From an uncultured bacterium (GTDB lineage: Bacteria; Patescibacteriota; Minisyncoccia; UBA6257; GWB1-50-10): a stretch of DNA of 64,000 nt. Position 1 is the first letter of the stretch; each line of letters starts with the position of its first letter. The DNA is taken from positions 244,994 through 308,993 of the forward strand of contig CAVRNT010000001.1 in the NCBI GenBank assembly GCA_963722655.1, given 5' to 3'. A program made the translations under genes and the position numbers. Shown here one piece after another: positions 8,035-15,275 of this stretch. The notes beneath the pieces are model-generated. The model saw only the letters and a program-made list of their open reading frames with translations. It was not told the DNA's origin and did not search any database.

Positions 8035-9618
8035 CATTACTGGATTTCGGGCATACAAATGCCCGATTTTCTTTTTATTCGCGTGCTTTTTAGCAGGTTC
8101 TAACCCTGCGGATATTTCTTGCGCTTCTTTTGCCGCAGTTTGTATCGGGAACAGCAGATTATCCAAAGAAACACTCAATTTTTTGTCTTTTAGGGTGAGG
8201 TCCGAACCTAACGCCATAAAAATCCCTTTTTTCACTTCCATATCCTTCGTGGTAGCGAATATCTGCCGGGCCTTCTCTGCGAAGTTAAGGCCGCGCTCAG
8301 CAATTTCAAGCCAGTTCTCAACGCGCTTATCCGTATCTTTAAGCAGTTCCTGAAGCCGCTCTTTCTCCGCGAGTATTGTTTCCTTCTTGCTTTTGAACTC
8401 GTCCTCGGTAATCTCGCCGTTGGCACGCATATCAATCAAATTGTCTCCTCTACGTACGCACGCCTCGTATTCACGCCTCTGGTTGCCGTAAATGCGCTCC
8501 CGGTCCTCAACCTCCTTCTCGTTCATCTGCCGCAATCGCGCCATCGCCCACTCCTTGAAATCGGTTGGGATTTCAAGCTTGGCAAGCTCGGCGGTAATCT
8601 GCTTTTCAAGCTCGTCCTTCTCTATGGCCTGTTGCGTGCAATTCGGGTCCCTGCGTTTGGTGCAGTGATAGTAGGTGTAGTGATGCACATTGCCGTTTTT
8701 CTGGTGCTTCATTTTTTCCTCGGCGGTAATCATCGCACCGCACTCGCCGCAATGTATCGGCCCGCGATATACGATGTCGCGCTTTTGCCCTCGCGGTTGC
8801 GAACGCCTGCCGAGCAGAAACTGTATCCGGTCATACTCCTCTCGCGTAATCATCGGCTTGTGTATGCCCTTATGCCATTCTCCGCTTCCCACCGGATATT
8901 CAAACTCCCCGTAATAGAATGGGCGGGTTAGAAGCAGATAGATATTACTTCTGCTAAAAGGTTTGCCGTTAGGCATACGAAGGCCCCAATCTTTCGTTGC
9001 TATCTCCAAAATGCGCGGCGGCGTGTATTTACCAGTAAGCATCAGGTCAAATATCTTCCGCACAATATCAAAACGCTCCGGGTCTTCGTGAATGGTTTTG
9101 TATCCTTTCTCCCCGTATTTATCGTTCAAGTAGCCAACGGGAGCCGGTGCAGGATAAATGCCCATACGCGCCTTCTGCCCTAGTCCGCGTTTCACATCGC
9201 GTCCTTTCTTTGCGCTCTCGTATTGCGATTGTGAGAGCGCCATTTGAAGCATCCAAATACCCTCGGGTGTGTTCTCAAAGTGATAGGTTGCGAGCTTGAG
9301 GTCTTCTATAACCCCAGTGCGTATCATATAGGTAATTTCGCCAGCGTCTTTCTCGTTGCGCGAGAGACGGTCTGGATGCCACGCAACCAATCCGGTCCGC
9401 TCGCCGCTTTTTATCCGTTCAAGCATATCCGCGAACGCGGGGCGATTGAACGGCTTGAACGCGCTCGCCTTATCTTCCACAAACTCAACGTCCAATTTTC
9501 CGAACACTTCATTGAGCTTGTCTTTCTGCGCGGGGATGGACAACGCTTGTCTCTCCTCGCCCTCGGTGGATTTTCTTACATACGCGAAGTATTTAATTTT
9601 ATTTGTGTCTTTACTCAT
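8023..9618 (-). CDS. large serine recombinase (serine integrase)
   Basis: MSKDTNKIKYFAYVRKSTEGEE gives the catalytic Ser in a resolvase-type N-domain, followed by a recombinase domain and a Cys-rich zinc ribbon (HCGECGA...YYHCTKRRDPNC) and a coiled-coil; about 531 aa; stop overlaps tRNA-Asn. Confidence 0.85.
   Translation of the reverse strand: MSKDTNKIKYFAYVRKSTEGEERQALSIPAQKDKLNEVFGKLDVEFVEDKASAFKPFNRPAFADMLERIKSGERTGLVAWHPDRLSRNEKDAGEITYMIRTGVIEDLKLATYHFENTPEGIWMLQMALSQSQYESAKKGRDVKRGLGQKARMGIYPAPAPVGYLNDKYGEKGYKTIHEDPERFDIVRKIFDLMLTGKYTPPRILEIATKDWGLRMPNGKPFSRSNIYLLLTRPFYYGEFEYPVGSGEWHKGIHKPMITREEYDRIQFLLGRRSQPRGQKRDIVYRGPIHCGECGAMITAEEKMKHQKNGNVHHYTYYHCTKRRDPNCTQQAIEKDELEKQITAELAKLEIPTDFKEWAMARLRQMNEKEVEDRERIYGNQRREYEACVRRGDNLIDMRANGEITEDEFKSKKETILAEKERLQELLKDTDKRVENWLEIAERGLNFAEKARQIFATTKDMEVKKGIFMALGSDLTLKDKKLSVSLDNLLFPIQTAAKEAQEISAGLEPAKKHANKKKIGHLYARNPVMLPG
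8045..8077 (+). terminator. tRNA-Asn terminator hairpin encoded inside the recombinase 3' coding region
   Basis: TCGGGCATacaaATGCCCGA followed by ttttcttttt. Confidence 0.55.
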
Positions 9619-9771
9619 ATGAAAAACCCGAAAGGGACGGTCTGGTTGACCCGATATGTGCAATCGCAAGGACTGACAGCATAGCGGCAGACCGCCCCTT
9701 CCGGGCCACTATGCTTTTTGGTAATAAAAATGCCTTGCGTGTCTTCGTACATAATCGGGTCAACATTATCA

Positions 9772-10959
9772 TTATACGCCGTTTTCCAATGAATCCAAGT
9801 TAATGGGCTCAAACCGCTTAAATGCCTCATCAATAAAGGCGATGGTATTGGAATATGGCAACCCGTGCGTAAGCTCGGCAGAGGCCTCAATTTTGCGCGT
9901 TAGGCGCTCGCTGTGGTCCGTATTCCATACGCTGAATATGGCTCTGCGCGTCTCCTTCGCTCCGTGGTCTTGTATGGTCCGCGCCAATCCGTAAGAAGTC
10001 AGCGCCCGGTTCATACTATGCGCCTCGCCGCCGAGCTTCTTCGCCTGTGAAAATATGTGCAAGAGCAATGCTAAGTCATCAGTGGGGCCAAGAAGCGCGA
10101 GCTGGTTTTCCGGCCGCCGGATAAGCCCGTGCCAAGAATTAAGTATTATTGTTTTGCAAAGGTTTGGGGTGAAAAGGTCTTTGAAAGCAATAAATGTTTT
10201 TGGATTTCTCCCCAGTGCGGCATTTATCTCGCGCATCACCGTCTGCCCCTTTTTAAGCCGGTATTCATACCGAAACACCTCTTGTTTCTGCAATCCAAAG
10301 CGTTCAATTATGGCTCGTTCGTAATCAATGCGCCCCTTATCTTTGCGTTTTATTTTCGGGCGCATAGCATCCGCAATTTTGTCGTAAAAAACCCGTTCAA
10401 CTGTGCCCGAGTAGATATGAAGCACCCGCCCGTTTTTGAACTCAACTTTTGTAATGTCCACTACCTTGCTTATATCCACGCGCTGGAGTTCCGCCAGTGC
10501 CTCCTGCATTCGTATGTCTCGTGGCAGTGGCACGTTCTTGCAGAAATGGACCGCCGAGACATAGGCACTAGCCACTATATTGCTCTCAATCGCTATACCA
10601 ACGCTATTTAGCGCTTCTTTGAAAGCGTAAAGCACCTTATCAAAATCAAGTTCGGACACCTCCTGCAAGCTGTTTCTATTAAGCAGTTTCGGTACCGAGA
10701 ACTCGGCCTTGAGGATATACCGCACGGCATCGCGGCTTTCGGTAAGCGCCTCAAGAACTTCTACTCTCGGCCGGTAGCCGTTCTGATAAGGCGGCTTCAA
10801 GATAAAACGCCGGAGGTAGGGATGGGTAGATTGCTGGGATTGTTTTTCGGTCTGCGAAAGCTGAAAATAATTACGTTTTGAGAACTCGGGTAGAAACCAC
10901 GATAGCTCCGTAATTTGAAACTTATCCGCTCCGTAGATTTTGATAATGACCGTATCCAT
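9772..10959 (-). CDS. hypothetical protein with Rep_trans-like motifs (rolling-circle replication initiator / MobT-type relaxase family, tentative)
   Basis: 395 aa; segments ...GRVLHIYSGTVERVFYDKI... and ...EVFRYEYRLKKGQ... resemble the Rep_trans motifs (YxGsr..lRiYdK and wRvEiElk); lies next to the integrase as in IMEs/ICEs. Confidence 0.45.
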   Translation of the reverse strand: MDTVIIKIYGADKFQITELSWFLPEFSKRNYFQLSQTEKQSQQSTHPYLRRFILKPPYQNGYRPRVEVLEALTESRDAVRYILKAEFSVPKLLNRNSLQEVSELDFDKVLYAFKEALNSVGIAIESNIVASAYVSAVHFCKNVPLPRDIRMQEALAELQRVDISKVVDITKVEFKNGRVLHIYSGTVERVFYDKIADAMRPKIKRKDKGRIDYERAIIERFGLQKQEVFRYEYRLKKGQTVMREINAALGRNPKTFIAFKDLFTPNLCKTIILNSWHGLIRRPENQLALLGPTDDLALLLHIFSQAKKLGGEAHSMNRALTSYGLARTIQDHGAKETRRAIFSVWNTDHSERLTRKIEASAELTHGLPYSNTIAFIDEAFKRFEPINLDSLENGV

Positions 10960-11065
10960 AGTCGTTTTTAATGTTGTCGGTGTTTTTCAAGGAATCCGCT
11001 CCGTAGATTTTGATAATGACCGTATCCATAGTCGTTTTTAATGTTGTCGGTGTTTTTCAAGGAAT
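10924..11065. repeat. perfect 70-bp tandem duplication (2 copies) covering the start and upstream of the Rep_trans-like gene and the 3' end of the 70-aa ORF
   Basis: 10926-10995 and 10996-11065 are identical (ccgctccgtagattttgataatgaccgtatccatagtcgtttttaatgttgtcggtgtttttcaaggaat). Confidence 0.95.
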
Positions 11066-11250
11066 CCTTTAGTGGTTGGCGCAGGATTTTGCGCGTTTTT
11101 TTGTTCGCTTGCGACTGCACGGCTTACCACTTCAACCAAACGGATAAGCCGCAAGCCCTTTTCAAGTGCCTGCTCCTTGGTTATCTCAACCCCAAAATGC
11201 TTTTTATAAAGCATCTGGAACTCGGAAATGTTTTTGTCGGTAAGGTCCAT
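11038..11250 (-). CDS. small hypothetical protein (70 aa)
   Basis: ORF MDLTDKNISEFQMLYKKHFGVEITKEQALEKGLRLIRLVE...; predicted helical and possibly DNA-binding; its C-terminus lies in the tandem repeat. Confidence 0.4.
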   Translation of the reverse strand: MDLTDKNISEFQMLYKKHFGVEITKEQALEKGLRLIRLVEVVSRAVASEQKNAQNPAPTTKGFLEKHRQH

Positions 11251-11367
11251 AGTTATTCGCTGTTCATTGCGTCCCTACCCTATATGCTGAAAAATCAGCG
11301 AAATAAAAAAACGTTGTAATAACGGGGGTTCTTGGATACGCTGGAAAGAAAAAAGCCTTCTGATTTT

Positions 11368-13275
11368 TCAGAGGGCTTCTTCCTCATCATCTTCCTCACC
11401 GCCTTCAATCGCCTCATTTTCATTAAACCTACCACCTTGAGGCCAGATTTCTTCTTTTCTTAAAACTGGTTCCGGTAATATGGCGAACTTTGGTTTATAG
11501 CGGTCGTGTATATCGTGGAATGGTTCATCGTTAGTTTTGAAAATCTCCTTTAACCACTTCACGAGTAATTTTTTCGCTTGCTGGACATTGTTCACAGATA
11601 AGGTTTTGTTTTTTGTAATCATTGGACGCATATTTTCTGCTGATGCATATTTGAAATCACTTGCCGATAGCGTGGATAAGGCACATAGAAAACCCCATTG
11701 CCGGTCTGGCTTCTGCTGGCGCTTACCGACAAAAAAACGAAGTTGAATGTAATCGGCAGTTATGATGTGGCTATTGTCATAAAAAATCTCAATCTCTTGC
11801 CGCCCTTCTTTTATCTTGAGTGTAACTTTCTCCCATTGGACCGGCTCTGGGAATGACAGCTCAATTGGCGACTCTCGCTTTTTACTCTTTGCATTAGGAG
11901 CTTCTCCTACAAATCTGACCGGCACTTCTGGCATAGCTGTGATTTCAATTTTCTGCACCGTTTGTTGAATCTGCTGGTTGTTTGGAGCAAAAGACATATT
12001 TTTGAGGCTCCTAACAATTGCTTCATCAAGTGCATCAATAATTTTTTTGCTTTTACCTTGCCATTTTTCTTCTGCCGAAATATCAATCAAATCCTTCTTC
12101 TCGCTACCGGCGACTCTCGTTGCGTTTGCAATACGCTCAATAAGCTTGGAGCTCTTCTTCATCTCTTTACTTATCTCTGTAGCGTCTGGTTTCAACGCAG
12201 ATATTTTGAGAAGAAATGCGCTTACGAGGTCTGAAGGACTTTCCGCTTTTTTTGCCTTCGCTTCAATATGAGCTGTTGCAAGTGAAGTAAATGGTCGCGC
12301 ATAGGTTTCTTTAAGGGGGTCAAGCTTGCCCCATTCTACCATCTCCTCAACTTTTCCAATGATTTCAAGATATAACCCCTCAAGCTCTTTATGGTCCAAA
12401 GCTTTATTATTTTCGTACGCGTTTACCAAAATAATCAATTGGCTCCAAAACACCCACAATCGCGCTATATCTTTAGGAGACCACACTTTATATGCCACCA
12501 GTTCAACATCTTTGCCATCCGAATCCGTCCACTCGTTAATCCCCAAATCCAACGCTTCTTCTGTGGGACCTATGTATAGTTTCCCATCTTTAATTTGTAT
12601 GCGGTCATATTTTAGCCATCCGTTATATTTCTCCTGCGTTTCTTTAGCTTTTGTCTCATCTCCCTCAAAAAATAATGGATGGACGGCTTCTTCAATGACT
12701 TTATATAAGGCCCGGCGGACCTTCTGGTTTGATGAGGTGTTTAACACTCGGAAAGCGCTGAAAAGCATCCTCCACTTGGTGTTTGGATACACAATAATCG
12801 TTGCTGGAGCACCACGCTCTTTAAGCAAATCAATAAGCTCTGGCCCAGTTTTGCGCTCGGCAATGTCTTTTGCAATAAGTTCAAGTGTTTGTGCGCGGAT
12901 TACCCCATCGTTATTCCTATCACTCAATAACTTCTTTATTTTCCCTCTGTCTGAAATGCGCAGATATGTCTTCAGAGGATGGACAGTTTCTATACCGCCG
13001 CTTTTGACAATTTCAACTTCAACCTTCATCCCCGGTCCCTTTTGCTCGGAGATTTTGATGCCACCCATATTTTCCAAGAAACGCCAGAATGAATTATTGT
13101 TTATCAGCGTCTCGGTGCTTTGGGGCTCGCCGGGGAAATGATTGATTATACTTACCTCGGTATCGGTTTCATCAGCCCAAGTTTTTTCGGCAATATCAAT
13201 AAGGCTTTCCAGATAGCGGAATATCTGGGGCGTAAAATCAAAGGGAAGTTTTTCTTTATCGTAGTAGAAGGCCAT
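11368..13275 (-). CDS. large hypothetical protein (about 635 aa), no recognisable domain, acidic C-terminal tail
   Basis: Long uninterrupted ORF in an AT-rich island (unlikely to be spurious at this GC); ATG at 13275 or TTG at 13320; ends ...EGGEEDDEEEAL; divergent from the Type III mod. Confidence 0.55.
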   Translation of the reverse strand: MAFYYDKEKLPFDFTPQIFRYLESLIDIAEKTWADETDTEVSIINHFPGEPQSTETLINNNSFWRFLENMGGIKISEQKGPGMKVEVEIVKSGGIETVHPLKTYLRISDRGKIKKLLSDRNNDGVIRAQTLELIAKDIAERKTGPELIDLLKERGAPATIIVYPNTKWRMLFSAFRVLNTSSNQKVRRALYKVIEEAVHPLFFEGDETKAKETQEKYNGWLKYDRIQIKDGKLYIGPTEEALDLGINEWTDSDGKDVELVAYKVWSPKDIARLWVFWSQLIILVNAYENNKALDHKELEGLYLEIIGKVEEMVEWGKLDPLKETYARPFTSLATAHIEAKAKKAESPSDLVSAFLLKISALKPDATEISKEMKKSSKLIERIANATRVAGSEKKDLIDISAEEKWQGKSKKIIDALDEAIVRSLKNMSFAPNNQQIQQTVQKIEITAMPEVPVRFVGEAPNAKSKKRESPIELSFPEPVQWEKVTLKIKEGRQEIEIFYDNSHIITADYIQLRFFVGKRQQKPDRQWGFLCALSTLSASDFKYASAENMRPMITKNKTLSVNNVQQAKKLLVKWLKEIFKTNDEPFHDIHDRYKPKFAILPEPVLRKEEIWPQGGRFNENEAIEGGEEDDEEEAL

Positions 13276-13399
13276 TGTAATTATTAACTTCAATCTACTG
13301 CTTTTTGCTGATTTTCTCAACGATTTTATGCTAAACTGAAATTACAACTAAATATGCGATAGAGGCCTAACCCCCGTGAGCAAAACTCCGAGGTATGGC

Positions 13400-13545
13400 A
13401 CACATAAGCCCCATCCCTGATACTAAACTCCGCGTTTAGCAACTCAGGGATGGGCTATGTCTCCGAAAGGAGGTGTAGGGCCGAAAGGTCTAGCTAGCGC
13501 GGAGTTTCGTGCTTCTCGCTAGCGACATAGCAACCCATCCCTCTA
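13400..13545 (+). promoter_or_regulatory. structured leader / operator region upstream of the Type III mod gene
   Basis: 11-bp stem CCCATCCCTGA/TCAGGGATGGG with a nested hairpin CTAAACtccgcGTTTAG; second hairpin GCTAGCG...CGCTAGC; AAACTCCGCG and CGCGGAGTTT are mutually complementary; CCCATCCCT occurs three times; strong AAGGAGGTG SD; 21-codon uORF 13457-13522. Confidence 0.4.
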
Positions 13546-15272
13546 TGTCCAAAAAATTAAAATCACAATCAACCATTCCGGCTGTAGCCGCTAAGCCGAA
13601 ATACGACAACTGGTCCAAAGAGCAACTTATTGACGAGGTGGCACGGCTTCGCAAGCGCAAGAAATACGGGCTTGTCTGGGAAGAAAAGCTAGAAAATGTC
13701 GTTGAGCAATGCAAGACAGAATTGCCGGTGCTCAAAGAAGTGAAAAATAAAGCGATTGCGAAAGATAAAAATGGCCCTGTGAACATTCTCATTGAGGGAG
13801 ACAATTACCACGCCTTATCGGTTTTGAATTACACCCACAAAGGCAAGATTGATGTCATCTACATTGACCCGCCATATAATACCGGCGCGCGTGATTGGAA
13901 ATACAACAACGATTATGTGGACGTTAACGACCAGTGGCGACATAGCAAATGGATTTTAATGATGGAGCATAGGTTACAACTGACAAAAAAACTTCTATCT
14001 CAAAACGGATTCATTATATGTGCAATTGACCATAACGAACTTTTCGCGCTTGGTCTTTTGATGGATGAGATTTTTGGTGAAAGTAATAGGTTGGGAACGA
14101 TTACAGTTGTGCACAAGCCAGAAGGAAGACAGTTCGCTAATTTCTTTAGTCCGTCAAATGAGTTTATGTTGGTGTATGCCAAAAATAGAACTTCGGCACA
14201 ATTTGAGAACATCGTTTTAAGTAAAGAGAAGGCGGATGAGTTTGACCTAGTAGATGAGAAGGGAAAGTACAAACTTCAGAACTTCATAAGATTGACTGAT
14301 GGTAAATATAGTTTGCGGAAAAATAAACCCGAGGGATATTACCCCATTTATGTAAGTAATGACTTAGCACATTTCAGTTTAACTAAAAAGAAGGGATACG
14401 ATGAAACACTGCCCATCACGAACAAGGGCGTGGAAAGAGTTTGGAAAACTTTTGGAGATACTTTTATGGATAAGGTAGGCAATGAGGCAATCGTGGCAAA
14501 AAGAGAAAACGGGAAAATAGTATTATACGAAAAATTAAGGCCGAGTGAAGTTCTGGTTACGCATTGGATTAAGAAACAGTATCACGGGTATCACTTTGGC
14601 ACGAAGTTATTAGAAACGATTTTAGGCAAAAAGTTGTTTGATTTCCCCAAATCTCTTTACTTGGTTCTAGATATTTTGAAACTTACCACAAGAAGAAACG
14701 CTATAATTTTAGATTTTTTCGCTGGCTCTGGCACTACTGGGCACGCTGTCCTTGAATTGAATAAGGAGGACGGTGGTAATCGCCGGTTTATTCTCTGCAC
14801 GAACAACGAAAATAACATCGCCACAGAAGTTTGTTATCCACGCGTAGCAAAAGTAATTGATGGATATAAAGATGCGGCGGGGAAAACAATTGCTGGTATC
14901 AAAAGCAATCTCAAATACTTCCGCACGGCATTTGTGGGCGCAGAGCCGAATGACAAAAACAAAGAAGCCCTAACTAAGAAGGCAACTGAAATGCTTTGTA
15001 TGCGCGAGGACACTTTTGAGTCGGTAAAAGAAACGGGTGCGGTAAAGATATTCAAAAACTCAAAACAGCATACCGGCATTATCTTTGATGAGGATGCTAT
15101 CCCTGCGTTAAAAAAAGAAATTGTGAAGATTGACGGCGCGTGGAGCATCTATATCTTCTCTCTTGGCGATGACACTTTTGAGGACGAGTTTGAGGATATG
15201 AAACAAAAGATAACCGTTGCGCCGATACCCGAGGCGATTTTGCGGGTCTACCGGCGCATATTCAAACCATAA
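13509..15272 (+). CDS. mod: Type III restriction-modification system methyltransferase (Mod), N6-adenine DNA methylase
   Basis: IYIDPPYNTG (DPPY motif IV), FAGSGTTG (motif I), ILIEGDNYHAL N-terminal motif typical of Type III Mod / Type IIG methylases; GTG start at 13509 (GGAG SD) or ATG at 13545. Confidence 0.8.
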   Translation: MLLASDIATHPSMSKKLKSQSTIPAVAAKPKYDNWSKEQLIDEVARLRKRKKYGLVWEEKLENVVEQCKTELPVLKEVKNKAIAKDKNGPVNILIEGDNYHALSVLNYTHKGKIDVIYIDPPYNTGARDWKYNNDYVDVNDQWRHSKWILMMEHRLQLTKKLLSQNGFIICAIDHNELFALGLLMDEIFGESNRLGTITVVHKPEGRQFANFFSPSNEFMLVYAKNRTSAQFENIVLSKEKADEFDLVDEKGKYKLQNFIRLTDGKYSLRKNKPEGYYPIYVSNDLAHFSLTKKKGYDETLPITNKGVERVWKTFGDTFMDKVGNEAIVAKRENGKIVLYEKLRPSEVLVTHWIKKQYHGYHFGTKLLETILGKKLFDFPKSLYLVLDILKLTTRRNAIILDFFAGSGTTGHAVLELNKEDGGNRRFILCTNNENNIATEVCYPRVAKVIDGYKDAAGKTIAGIKSNLKYFRTAFVGAEPNDKNKEALTKKATEMLCMREDTFESVKETGAVKIFKNSKQHTGIIFDEDAIPALKKEIVKIDGAWSIYIFSLGDDTFEDEFEDMKQKITVAPIPEAILRVYRRIFKP

Positions 15273-15275
15273 AAT

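Noticed and set aside
9244-9684. 146-aa plus-strand ORF and other ORFs antisense to the serine recombinase
   Set aside because: They lie entirely within the recombinase coding region on the other strand and show no signals.
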